Part shown: positions 39,679-49,050 of the stretch, piece by piece | How positions within the stretch are numbered: the stretch's first letter is position 1 | Layout of the letters: every line of letters starts with the position of its first letter | Origin: Pseudomonadota bacterium | GTDB taxonomy: Bacteria > Pseudomonadota > Alphaproteobacteria > Sphingomonadales > CAKZYD01 | Length of the DNA: 56,903 nucleotides | Direction: 5' to 3' | NCBI GenBank assembly: GCA_039026755.1 | Contig: JBCCLR010000003.1 | Span: 1-56,903 of the forward strand | Position numbers and translations under genes: made by a program | Notes under the pieces: generated by a model | Seen by the model: only the letters and a program-made list of their open reading frames with translations | Told to the model about the DNA's origin: nothing | Databases searched by the model: none

Positions 39679-41568
39679 GTGCGGCATTTGATCGTGCTCG
39701 CGCTCTTTTTGAGCGTCATAGGGCTAGGCCACGCCGATGGCATCGGCAGCGATGGCGCCCCGGGGGACAGTGACGCGTCCGAATTCGGCAACGGCGATTA
39801 TTCTCCCGCAACTGGACGGGACTATCCAACGCGGCTGCTTTGGGGCGATACCCACCTGCATAGTCGCAACTCTGCTGATGCGTATTCGCTTGGCAATATG
39901 AACCTGTCTCCGGCCGATGCCTATCGGTTTGCACGTGGCCAAGTGCTCACTGCCCATAACGGCCAAAAGGTAAAATTACGCCGACCACTGGATTTCCTTG
40001 TGGTGTCTGATCATGCCGAATATTTGGGCGGAAACTATCGCTTTGCGGTCAATGATCCGCTGCTTAAAGACATTGAAATTGCGAAACGGTGGCGCGAGTA
40101 TATTGCCAATGGAGAGGGCTTTAAAGTCGTTGTCTCGTTCGTTGATAGCGTGACCAATCCGCAGCGCACGCCGCCATTTCCCAAGCCCTTACAACGCACC
40201 ATTTGGCAAGAAGCGGTGCAAACAGCCGATGACTATAATAACCCCGGCACATTCACAGCCCTGCCCGGCTATGAATGGACATCGATGATCAATGGCAACA
40301 ACCTGCACCGGGTCGTCATTTTTAAACAGGGGATGGGATACGCGGATAAAATTGCGCCGTTCACCGCGCAAGACAGCACCGACCCCCAGGCTTTATGGAA
40401 GGCACTGGAAGACTATGAACAGCGCACCGGCGGCGCGGTCCTGGCCATCGCGCACAATGGCAACTTATCAAACGGCATGATGTTTCCAGAGCGCACAGTG
40501 GACGGCAAAAAGCTTGGCAAAACCTATGCCCAAATGCGCACGCGGTGGGAGCCTTTGTACGAAGTCAGCCAGGTGAAAGGCGATGGCGAGGCACACCCGA
40601 AACTTTCACCAGAGGATGAATTTGCTGATTATGAAACATGGGATAAAGACAATATCGGACGCAGCGCGGCAAAGCAGGATTGGATGCTCAAACATGAGTA
40701 TGCACGCAGCGCGTTAAAGTTGGGTCTGCAGCATCAAGCCAAGCTGGGCGCAAATCCCTTTAAATTTGGCATGATCGCATCAACCGACGGGCACAACACG
40801 TTCTCAACCACCGAAGAGGACAATTTTTTTGGCAAGTTTCCGGAATCTGAGCCAAGTGCGACGCGCATGACCACCGAAATGGCCCAAGGCGCCCTGTGGC
40901 AGAACTGGCGGATTGTCGCCTCAGGGTACGCCGCTGTATGGGCGCGTGAGAATACCAGGGCGGCAATTTTCGATGCCATGCAGCGCCGCGAAGTCTATGG
41001 CACGACCGGCTCGCGCATTATGGTGCGGTTGTTTGCCGGGTGGGACTTTCAGCCCAGTGATATCGACCGGCCCAATTATGTGGACATCGGTTATGAAAAA
41101 GGCGTGCCCATGGGCAGTGACTTGCCTGCGCCGCCGCGCGGCAGTGTCCCCAAATTCCTTGTTGTGGCAGCCAAAGACCCCATTGGCGCCAATCTGGACC
41201 GGGTTCAAATCATCAAAGGCTGGCGCGAGAAAGACGGTGGCCTCAAGGAAAAGGTTTATGATGTCGCTTGGTCTGGCACGCGCCAACCGGGCAAAGACGG
41301 CAAGCTACCGCCGGTCGGTTCCACGGTTAATGTAACCAATGCCAGCTATAGCAATACCATTGGCGCGGCGCAGCTTGCCACCTATTGGCAAGACCCTGAC
41401 TTTGATCCGAAACAGCATGCGTTTTACTATGTGCGCGTCCTTGAGATACCCAAGCCTCGCTGGACGGCTTATGATGTCAAATACTTCAGGATTAAAGATG
41501 CTGCAAAGGACATACCGATGACGGTGCAAGACCGCGCCTATAGCTCCCCGATTTGGTATACACCGTAG
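39679..41568 (+). CDS. DUF3604 domain protein (secreted, PHP-like metallohydrolase)
   Basis: WGDTHLHS..S.DA, VSDHAE, YEWTS..NLHR, HNGNLS, TDGHN, DRAYSSPIWY; GTG start after GGAGG. Confidence 0.85.
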   Translation: MRHLIVLALFLSVIGLGHADGIGSDGAPGDSDASEFGNGDYSPATGRDYPTRLLWGDTHLHSRNSADAYSLGNMNLSPADAYRFARGQVLTAHNGQKVKLRRPLDFLVVSDHAEYLGGNYRFAVNDPLLKDIEIAKRWREYIANGEGFKVVVSFVDSVTNPQRTPPFPKPLQRTIWQEAVQTADDYNNPGTFTALPGYEWTSMINGNNLHRVVIFKQGMGYADKIAPFTAQDSTDPQALWKALEDYEQRTGGAVLAIAHNGNLSNGMMFPERTVDGKKLGKTYAQMRTRWEPLYEVSQVKGDGEAHPKLSPEDEFADYETWDKDNIGRSAAKQDWMLKHEYARSALKLGLQHQAKLGANPFKFGMIASTDGHNTFSTTEEDNFFGKFPESEPSATRMTTEMAQGALWQNWRIVASGYAAVWARENTRAAIFDAMQRREVYGTTGSRIMVRLFAGWDFQPSDIDRPNYVDIGYEKGVPMGSDLPAPPRGSVPKFLVVAAKDPIGANLDRVQIIKGWREKDGGLKEKVYDVAWSGTRQPGKDGKLPPVGSTVNVTNASYSNTIGAAQLATYWQDPDFDPKQHAFYYVRVLEIPKPRWTAYDVKYFRIKDAAKDIPMTVQDRAYSSPIWYTP

Positions 41569-41579
41569 CGTCGCCGTTT

Positions 41580-42392
41580 ATGGTGCCTTGGTATCGACAG
41601 CCCCTGGTGCATTTTTGCATCTTCGGCGCGCTCTTTTACGCAGCGGTAGAGCTGCTGAGGCCGCCACCGGACGCGGACGATACAATCCGCCTCACACGCG
41701 CCGGGCTTATCACCTTTATCGAGCGGCGCAGTCAGATATTTCAGCCACTTTTTGCAGCTGCAAAACTCGACGCCATGTCGGCCGATGAACTGGCTGCCTT
41801 AAAGGCAGAATACATTGAAGAAGAAGCTATGTTCCGCGCCGCTACGCAGCTTGGTCTTGATATCCAGGATTATGTCATCCGCCGCCGCATGGTGCAGAAA
41901 ATGGACTATGCCGCAACCGGTGAAACGACGGATCTCGCGCTGAGCGAGGAGGCCCTCAAAGCCTATTATACGGCCAATCAAAGCCGCTACCGCACGCCCG
42001 CGCGGCTGAGCTTTAAACACGTCTTTTTCAGCACCATAGAAGATGCTGAGCTGAACGCATTTGGTACGCCGTCGAGCGTGGGCGAACGCTTTGCCTATGG
42101 CACAACATTCGATAACATCGCGCAGCAAGATGTGGCGGATATCTTTGGCGCTGACTTTAGTGCCGCCTTGATGGCTCCATCGGCAGCGCTGGGCCGCTGG
42201 TTAGGGCCCATTGCCTCACGCAGCGGATTTCATTTGGTAAAACTGCGCCAACGCACGCCGGCAACAACCGCCGATTTCGCCGCCGTACGCCAGCAAGTGG
42301 AAATCGATATCCGCTATGACCAAAACCAAGCTGCACGTGCCGAAGCTATTGCTGACATTATAGCCGCTTTCAATGTGCGTGATGAGTTTTAG
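41580..42392 (+). CDS. PpiC/parvulin-like (rotamase_2) membrane-anchored protein
   Basis: QPLVHF...G, GLD..D.VIRRRM.QKM, FG..F, WLGPI.SRSGFHLV. Confidence 0.75.
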   Translation: MVPWYRQPLVHFCIFGALFYAAVELLRPPPDADDTIRLTRAGLITFIERRSQIFQPLFAAAKLDAMSADELAALKAEYIEEEAMFRAATQLGLDIQDYVIRRRMVQKMDYAATGETTDLALSEEALKAYYTANQSRYRTPARLSFKHVFFSTIEDAELNAFGTPSSVGERFAYGTTFDNIAQQDVADIFGADFSAALMAPSAALGRWLGPIASRSGFHLVKLRQRTPATTADFAAVRQQVEIDIRYDQNQAARAEAIADIIAAFNVRDEF

Positions 42393-43371
42393 AGCTGCGC
42401 TCATTTTTTGGATCTGGCTGTTCTGCGCTGCGCCTGCCGACGCGCACGATAGCCGCGTCGTCTATGTAAAAATCGAGGCTCAGAATCAGGCTGATGACAC
42501 ACAACCAACCGAGTATATTGTCTCATGGCGCATGCCAACGGTGCCAGGCACGCAGCTCATTGATGCATCTTTAGGGCCCAATTGCAGGGGAGAAGAAAAA
42601 CCTATTTCTTATGGCCCAAAGCACTTCAACTGCCGCGCAGACCCGGCTCAGCTTAGGCTTGTCTATTCAAAATTTGCGCCGCCGCTAGCTGTCCTGCTGC
42701 GGATCAAGTTTGCGCCCAACCAAATACAACAAGTGAGCTTTCCCGCCGGTGAAACCAGTTTAACGTTACCGCGCCGCGAACGCTGGCCAGGCATTGTGGA
42801 AGGCTATAGTGCGCTCGGCTTCTGGCACATTTTAGCAGGCTGGGACCACTTGCTAATGCTGCTTGGTCTGGTGGCACTCACCCAAAACGCAGGTGGCTGG
42901 CGGCAGCTCATCGTCGTTATTTCTGGCTTTACACTCGGCCATTCGGTGAGCCTTGCCGGCGGCGCGATTGGCGCAATAACCGTCAATATCAGCGCTGTCG
43001 AAGTGCTGATTGCGCTTAGCCTCTTGGTGCTTGCCGCTGAATTGATGCAGCCTGGCCGGGCCACCTGGGCTTGGCGCTATCCCATCAGTTTGTCGATTGG
43101 CTTTGGCCTGTTACACGGCCTGGGCTTTGCCTCTGCCTTGCGCAACATTGGCCTGCCGCAAACACATATTCTTTCCGCATTGCTGAGTTTCAACCTTGGC
43201 GTTGAATGCGGCCAATTGGTTTTCATTGCCGGCCTCGCCGCAATGGCAAAAGCAATGCAGGCAATACATTTGAAAGCTCTGCTAAATCGGCCAGCGCTCT
43301 ATGCCTACCCAATTGGCATCGCAGCAGCTTATTGGACGATTGAGCGGGCCGTCGGCATATGGATGCTATAG
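42382..43371 (+). CDS. HupE/UreJ family membrane protein
   Basis: LG..HIL.G.DHL, FTLGHS, FGLLHGLGFA, FNLGVE.GQL. Confidence 0.85.
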   Translation: MSFRAALIFWIWLFCAAPADAHDSRVVYVKIEAQNQADDTQPTEYIVSWRMPTVPGTQLIDASLGPNCRGEEKPISYGPKHFNCRADPAQLRLVYSKFAPPLAVLLRIKFAPNQIQQVSFPAGETSLTLPRRERWPGIVEGYSALGFWHILAGWDHLLMLLGLVALTQNAGGWRQLIVVISGFTLGHSVSLAGGAIGAITVNISAVEVLIALSLLVLAAELMQPGRATWAWRYPISLSIGFGLLHGLGFASALRNIGLPQTHILSALLSFNLGVECGQLVFIAGLAAMAKAMQAIHLKALLNRPALYAYPIGIAAAYWTIERAVGIWML

Positions 43372-43683
43372 CGCGCTGAGTTCGCGTAAATAAGCCCAGG
43401 TATAAAGCCCGCTATCGTGGCCATCGTCAAAGATGAGGCGTACGGCATAGCGGCCAATCGGCGCCATGCGAATAATCTGCACGTCTTCTTTGCCGGTGAT
43501 GCTGGGGCGCGGCTGGTCTGGCGATGCTGCGCCATGGCCACGCACTTCAGCACTCGGGCTATGTTCACGCAGGCGCTGCGCAGAAATGCTATACTGCGCG
43601 CCAGCCACAGTGGTCACATTCAGTCTGCGCGCAGCACTGTCATACCGTAGCTCTTCTGGCCAAATTGCCTTCAGGTCAGGCAT
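43366..43683 (-). CDS. DUF971 / gamma-butyrobetaine hydroxylase N-terminal-like protein
   Basis: [16 protein letters not shown]...[13 protein letters not shown]. Confidence 0.85.
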   Translation of the reverse strand: MPDLKAIWPEELRYDSAARRLNVTTVAGAQYSISAQRLREHSPSAEVRGHGAASPDQPRPSITGKEDVQIIRMAPIGRYAVRLIFDDGHDSGLYTWAYLRELSAL

Positions 43684-43903
43684 TCGGGGTCTTTTTTCGC
43701 TGAGCGTCGAGAGCGTCTTGCTCAGCGTCCGTTAATTGCCGGGCCGCGTCACTGCACAGCATGGGGATGCCATCACGGATGGGAAAGGCCAGGCCCGCGC
43801 GTGGGCTGATCAGTTCTCCGTTGGCTTTGTCATATGTCAAAGCAGATTTGGTGAACGGACACACAAGCATATCAAGCAGCGCGGGATTGATCTCATCAGC
43901 CAT
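43676..43903 (-). CDS. Trm112 family protein (YcaR-like)
   Basis: LL..LVCP.TK..L, A.PIRDGIP. Confidence 0.88.
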   Translation of the reverse strand: MADEINPALLDMLVCPFTKSALTYDKANGELISPRAGLAFPIRDGIPMLCSDAARQLTDAEQDALDAQRKKTPNA

Positions 43904-43962
43904 GGCAGGGCAAATACCGTAAACGGATATACAATGCACCCGCTTTACGCGCCAAAGTACCG

Positions 43963-44628
43963 CTAATGGGGTTTTTGCTGACCCGGCGTCTCATGTGATG
44001 CAATGTCGAATTCCAGCAGGCTGGTGAGCAATGTTGCCCGTTGATAGAGGTCTTGCGCCTCGAGCAGCGCTTGTTTTTCCGGCGGCTGGAACGGCGCAAT
44101 CATGCAGATGCCGTTGACCAAACTTTCATCATCAGCGGCCTCTACCGCATCCCAATCGCAGGCCAACTCTCGCTTTTTAAGGTATTGATCCAGCGCGCTA
44201 ATCAGCTGTTTTCGGTCACTCAAAAACTGTCCATTGGTTGCCTTAAGATCGGTTTCATCAAAACCGGTATAGTCCACCATCATTTGCCGAAACGGCGTCG
44301 TCACTGGCAGCTCTTCTTCAACCTTAAACCGGCACAAACCGCTCAAGGCAATAAGATACCGGCCATCGTCAAGTTCTGCATATTCTGAAATTTTACCCAC
44401 ACAGCCGACATCATAGCACAGCGGTTTTTGGCCCGGCTCGCGCGGCTGTATCATACCAATCATGCCGTTCTTGGCCATCGCTGCATCAACCATCGCCAAA
44501 TAGCGAGGCTCAAAAATGTTAAGCGGCAGCTGACTGTTTGGCAGCAGCAAAGCACCAGCCAGCGGAAATACAGGAATAGCCGTTTCCAATAGCCGGTCCG
44601 GATTATTGTTAGAAGCCGTCAGGGTCAT
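43963..44628 (-). CDS. LON peptidase substrate-binding domain protein
   Basis: [36 protein letters not shown]. Confidence 0.9.
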   Translation of the reverse strand: MTLTASNNNPDRLLETAIPVFPLAGALLLPNSQLPLNIFEPRYLAMVDAAMAKNGMIGMIQPREPGQKPLCYDVGCVGKISEYAELDDGRYLIALSGLCRFKVEEELPVTTPFRQMMVDYTGFDETDLKATNGQFLSDRKQLISALDQYLKKRELACDWDAVEAADDESLVNGICMIAPFQPPEKQALLEAQDLYQRATLLTSLLEFDIASHETPGQQKPH

Positions 44629-44686
44629 CAATGAGGAACTTTTCACAGCAGCGATACTCAAGAAGTAGGGTGATCACCTTATTCGC

Positions 44687-45613
44687 CTATGAAAAAAGAA
44701 TGGATGATAGTTTTCTGCGACCTTTCAGCACAACTGGATTATCGGCCCCCAAGCTCTCAAACAGTTGCAAAAGCTTAGCCCGTGCCGCGCCGTCATTCCA
44801 CTCCCGGTCGGCGGTAATAATTGTCATGAGATGGTCAATAGCGGCCACATGATCGCCGGTGGCAAATAGCGCGACGGCAAGTTCAAAGCGGGCCGCGTGG
44901 TCTGCATGGTCTTTCTCAACAGCGGCCTGAAAGCCAGCCATGTGCGCCACTTTCTCCGCCGCCTCACGCGCCAATGCAAGATTGGCCTGCAGCGACTGCA
45001 CCTGCGGGTCCTTGGCTTTATCGGGCGGAATAATTGCCAAGATCTGCTCTGCCTGATCCAGATTTCCGGTTTGAATATGGCATGTCGCCAGGCCCACCAG
45101 GGCAGGCAAATTGGTTTGATCGGCTTGGGCAATTTGGCTGTAAATATTGGCTGCTTGCGCCACATCGCCGGCATCGAGTGCCTGCTTGGCCATCTCTAGA
45201 TATTGTTCAATCTGCGCGGCTTGCGGATCTTCACCACCTGGCGCTGCACTAAGCAGCTTATCGATAAAGGCTTTGACCTGGCTTTCCGGCTGCGCCCCTT
45301 GAAAAGCGTCAACGGGCTGGCCCCCAACAAAGGCATAGACCGTCGGTACCGATTGCACTTGCATCTGCTGCGCCAGCATCTGATTTTTATCAAGGTCAAC
45401 CTTGACCAGCTTGACCTTACCGCCGGTCGCCGCAACAGCGCGCTCTAAAACTGGGGTGAGGGTTTTGCAAGGCTGGCACCATGTCGCCCAAAAATCGACC
45501 AGCACGGGGCGTTTCTGGCTTTCTTCAATGACCTCCGCTACAAAAGTTTGCGCTGTGGCATCAACCGGCGCTTCTGCCGGCCCGGCAGCACCGCCGCCTA
45601 TCAGTGGTTCCAT
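44687..45613 (-). CDS. cnoX: Thioredoxin-TPR chaperedoxin (CnoX/YbbN)
   Basis: DFWATWCQPCK, TPR region, C-terminal RRKLSSILFS. Confidence 0.85.
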   Translation of the reverse strand: MEPLIGGGAAGPAEAPVDATAQTFVAEVIEESQKRPVLVDFWATWCQPCKTLTPVLERAVAATGGKVKLVKVDLDKNQMLAQQMQVQSVPTVYAFVGGQPVDAFQGAQPESQVKAFIDKLLSAAPGGEDPQAAQIEQYLEMAKQALDAGDVAQAANIYSQIAQADQTNLPALVGLATCHIQTGNLDQAEQILAIIPPDKAKDPQVQSLQANLALAREAAEKVAHMAGFQAAVEKDHADHAARFELAVALFATGDHVAAIDHLMTIITADREWNDGAARAKLLQLFESLGADNPVVLKGRRKLSSILFS

Positions 45614-45894
45614 ATCTGCTTCTTATCCATCTTGTGCAGTGCGCCGCGGTCCGGGTGCGTGAAGTGCCCGCTTACAGACAACCCGCGCCAGCCGCAAAAG
45701 CACGTATTTCTACAGTCGTGTATGTAACGCATCTGCTGATAAACGCAACGCAGCGTCAAACAAACACACAAAAAGACACGCACATATCCGCTGAGAAAAA
45801 GCCTGCGGCTTTTGACTTGAAATTAATGTGCCATCGCGTATAGACACCTGGCCTACAGCGCTTATCACTTGCGCAGTAAGCAACAGCATCGGAT

Positions 45895-45969
45895 GCGGGC
45901 GTAGCTCAGGGGTAGAGCACAACCTTGCCAAGGTTGGGGTCGTGAGTTCGAATCTCATCGCCCGCTCCA
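45895..45969 (+). tRNA. tRNA-Gly (GCC)
   Basis: 75-nt cloverleaf GCGGGCG...CGCCCGC-T-CCA; anticodon arm CAACC-TTGCCAA-GGTTG; T-loop GTTCGAATC. Confidence 0.97.
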
Positions 45970-45970
45970 G
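45922..45970 (+). repeat. att core (tRNA side), 49 bp
   Basis: Identical to 55501-55549. Confidence 0.95.
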
Positions 45971-46114
45971 ATTTCTCAAGATAATTCAGTGAGTTAAGAC
46001 AACCGCCTCTGGCGGGATTTCTGGCCGAGTAACTTCCAGGTAACTTTAAGAGATACCTTTCGGGTCACATTCTAGGTCTGAGTCATCGTCTTGCGGCGAT
46101 AGCCTTAAACAAGT

Positions 46115-46843
46115 TCAGGTTCCAAATTTTGAGAAAACGTTGAGCACGAGCGTTTCGACGTGTGCGGCCACTGTGTTTTCAGCAAGCTTATAGCTGTTCG
46201 GATGCCCGCAACCATTTCGTCGGTCCAAGCACTGGGCAAGATCCTTCTTTACATTTTTTCCAATGACCGAGATTGCCTGTAAGACATCCAAAAAATCAGT
46301 TTCCTTCATAAGGCCCAAATCATCAGAAGTCTTTGCAGGCTTCCATTTTGAATTCCGTCGGCTCGCTTCGGCGTTGAATGTGGTCAGATGATTTTTAACT
46401 ACTTCCTCGTGCAAAACAGCTACTGCGCCCAACCAGGACATGACTACCGCCGATCTATACAGCTTAGATTCGTGACAGCTAATTGCCTCTTCAACAAACT
46501 CTCGTACCCGCTCACTAGAGATAACGGAGGCATGCTGCCGGAGTTCTCGAGCAACCCGATGGACGGCGGGATTGCCAGAAACCACACCGATGTTTGCAAG
46601 ATGCTCTTTTCCTGTGTCAGACAATTCCCACCCACTGGGAGTTCGGATCGCTTTGCCTTTTGATCGCGCTAATAGGGATGAGACGTTCCAACCTTTCGGG
46701 ACTCTAAATCCCGCTTGAGTTGCGCGGTCTTTCAAATCCTTTATCTGGCAAGCCGCTTCCATAGAGGAAAGTAAGAATAATAACTTATCAGTCGCGTCAA
46801 AGTCTTTATGCAGCAAACGCTTGAGATCAGCCAAGTTCAGCAA
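46115..46843 (-). CDS. wHTH + HEPN-like (DUF4145-like) putative RNase effector
   Basis: N-terminal wHTH-like segment (NVSSLL...WELSDTG); C-terminal EEA..C....YRSAVV and RxxxxH motif RNGCGH; TTG start overlaps the upstream gene. Confidence 0.7.
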   Translation of the reverse strand: MLNLADLKRLLHKDFDATDKLLFLLSSMEAACQIKDLKDRATQAGFRVPKGWNVSSLLARSKGKAIRTPSGWELSDTGKEHLANIGVVSGNPAVHRVARELRQHASVISSERVREFVEEAISCHESKLYRSAVVMSWLGAVAVLHEEVVKNHLTTFNAEASRRNSKWKPAKTSDDLGLMKETDFLDVLQAISVIGKNVKKDLAQCLDRRNGCGHPNSYKLAENTVAAHVETLVLNVFSKFGT

Positions 46844-47345
46844 GATTTTTCAGTGCCTCATTTCTAGCATCCATGGACAGCGCATACTTTCCTGATGATC
46901 GCCCCAAAAGTTTGCCAGTTTTTAATAACGAGTTCAGGGTGTGGGTCAGGTTATTTCCAATAGTCTTCTTGTAGTAAGCTGTGGCAAGTTTCGCAGCTTC
47001 TAAGATGTCCGATCGACCAAACTCAGGCTTTTCTTCAACGAAGTGCAGATACGTGCAGGCTGCCAAGATAACATCTGCCGCGCTTTCGTGCCCCATATGT
47101 GTAATTAGCGTTTCGACCGAAAAGTCGTACGTTTTAGTCTCGGCAACGCCAGCCGAGTTGTCCTCGAGGACCAGAGCATCTTGGTGCTCGATAGGTTGCG
47201 GAGCTAATTCCACAGAGTGGGAGGAGGGTACCAGTTCCACCATACCCTTGAGGATATCGAAAGCCTCTTCATGCAGTTTGTCTTGATCTCCTTCGATCTC
47301 GACTTCCGCCAGCCCAAGTTTCAATTTCACTCGTCGCTTGGCCAT
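46827..47345 (-). CDS. Hypothetical protein, N-terminal beta-hairpin (VKLKLG..EVEIEG) + C-terminal wHTH-like domain
   Basis: RBS GAGG; NNLTHTLNSL...GKYALS; overlaps both neighbours. Confidence 0.7.
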   Translation of the reverse strand: MAKRRVKLKLGLAEVEIEGDQDKLHEEAFDILKGMVELVPSSHSVELAPQPIEHQDALVLEDNSAGVAETKTYDFSVETLITHMGHESAADVILAACTYLHFVEEKPEFGRSDILEAAKLATAYYKKTIGNNLTHTLNSLLKTGKLLGRSSGKYALSMDARNEALKNLAELG

Positions 47346-47869
47346 GCCGCACCTCTTTCGCCGATCATGTTCTTTATAGCGTTAGAGCCCGCCACAGTGA
47401 CTTTGTAGGTCTTGCGAGACTGTTGGCTGGACCCGCTCTTTTTCAGCTGAAGAACCAGTGCTGGCTTTTGCTCCTTTAGCGATGTCAATGCAGCAGTGAC
47501 GTTCGCCAATCCATGGCCCAAGTTCTTCAAAAGCGAATTTGCTGACTGTGAGTCGAAGGCTTCATGGCCCTCGTGATTCTGGAGCCAATACCCCGCAACA
47601 AGTGCCTTGTCAGCATTTGTGCCGGGGTCCGCGCTATCGAAAAGCTCCGCGAATGAATCGAATTCCCCGGGGGCGTCTTCAGCTTCCGCTTCACTACTAG
47701 TAGGCTGAGCGTGTGTTACCTTTGGTGACGCGCCGTGTAGGTCGATCTCGAGGAGATTGACCAAGTAGTTCAAAACGCGTGATCGAGCCTCTGGTGCGAG
47801 TAGCTCTAATTCATCATGTACTTTTTTGATCGCAGCAAATTCGTCAACTGCGGATTTTTCGGTGTCCAC
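47327..47869 (-). CDS. Hypothetical protein, N-terminal helical hairpin + C-terminal wHTH-like domain
   Basis: GTG start after GGAG; NVTAAL.SL...TYKVT..G. Confidence 0.7.
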   Translation of the reverse strand: MDTEKSAVDEFAAIKKVHDELELLAPEARSRVLNYLVNLLEIDLHGASPKVTHAQPTSSEAEAEDAPGEFDSFAELFDSADPGTNADKALVAGYWLQNHEGHEAFDSQSANSLLKNLGHGLANVTAALTSLKEQKPALVLQLKKSGSSQQSRKTYKVTVAGSNAIKNMIGERGAAWPSDE

Positions 47870-48020
47870 TGTCTATCACTCCATTCAAGTGACAGATAAA
47901 TGGTGACTGATTCTTGAAGTTCAAGAGTTATGAATCTTTTAGTAAAAGAATCATATTTTCCGCATTAGACGTAACAGAGCTCAGCTTTTTCCAAGATGCG
48001 TGATACAAGGCCAACTTACG

Positions 48021-48356
48021 TTAGAACTGTACTTGTGATGCCTGCCGCGCAACCGTCTTGCATATCGCTAGGCCAAACATCACCTCCCGGTCTGTGGGAC
48101 GGTTCGGCTTACCGATACCATTGAAGACACTGTAATAGGCCCTGCGATTTGGGCGATCTTCTTTCGCCGTTAGCCAGCCCATCACTGCCAGGACCGGAGC
48201 AGGCCTAGCGCCCAGTGCTTTAGCGATTTCTGTGATCTCGCGAGGTACCAATGTTCGGTCCAGAGCGATTGCCGCTGACGCACAAGCGGCTGCCGCAGCC
48301 CTCGTTTCTTTGGAAAGCTGTTCGATTGCTGCTCCCAAAAAGATCTCGTCGTCCAT
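48021..48356 (-). CDS. Hypothetical protein
   Basis: RBS GGAG; co-oriented downstream of the packaging genes. Confidence 0.6.
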   Translation of the reverse strand: MDDEIFLGAAIEQLSKETRAAAAACASAAIALDRTLVPREITEIAKALGARPAPVLAVMGWLTAKEDRPNRRAYYSVFNGIGKPNRPTDREVMFGLAICKTVARQASQVQF

Positions 48357-48372
48357 ATCGATCTCCGTTAGC

Positions 48373-49035
48373 TCAGGCCGCAGCCGCTTTTCTCAAGGCG
48401 TCCATCTGCGTGGGCTGAGCGTTTCCCCAGGAATGGAGTTTGGAAGCCAGCACGGCAGTGGCGTGGGACCCCATCCGCTCCATCAGGGAAAGAGCCAGTT
48501 CGGCCTCGTGTTTTTGCGCGCCCAGCTCGGGGGCATGGGCCGCTATCGCTGCTGCTTTGAGCCTTTCTTGCTCGTCTTGGGTAACGCCGGAGAGTGACGC
48601 TGGCCCGGACAGAACCGCCGAAGAAATGCGGGGGTCCTCGCGCACCATTAACAACGCCTTGGCAGGGTCACTGCGGACGAGCGACCTGATCTCGGCAGCC
48701 ATTTGAGGAGAGATGGTCGGCTGGACCACGTCTCTTATCTTGCCGTCTGTAAATGCGATCTGCTTGCGCACCGTCTCGTGCGCGTTGTCCATCGCCTTCA
48801 ATCCGCGCTTCAGCGCCCGGTCGCCAACCTTAGTCAGCTCCGAGAGCTCGACCTCTGTGTTCTTGGCTGCATCCGAGATGAGCGTCCAAGTTTCGTGGAG
48901 CGTGCGCAGCGCTGCACGAGCCGTCTCCGCGCTGGGCCCATCACCCTTCACGGCCAGCATGTCGATTGGCGCGTTGGGCACCTCTCGCCGCTTCATCCGC
49001 TGGGCCAGGGCTGGGTCTGAGTAAGTTTGGGTCAT
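48373..49035 (-). CDS. Hypothetical alpha-helical protein
   Basis: Strong RBS AAGGAG just after the terL stop; Ala/Leu/charged helical composition. Confidence 0.7.
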   Translation of the reverse strand: MTQTYSDPALAQRMKRREVPNAPIDMLAVKGDGPSAETARAALRTLHETWTLISDAAKNTEVELSELTKVGDRALKRGLKAMDNAHETVRKQIAFTDGKIRDVVQPTISPQMAAEIRSLVRSDPAKALLMVREDPRISSAVLSGPASLSGVTQDEQERLKAAAIAAHAPELGAQKHEAELALSLMERMGSHATAVLASKLHSWGNAQPTQMDALRKAAAA

Positions 49036-49050
49036 GATCTGTCTCCTTAT

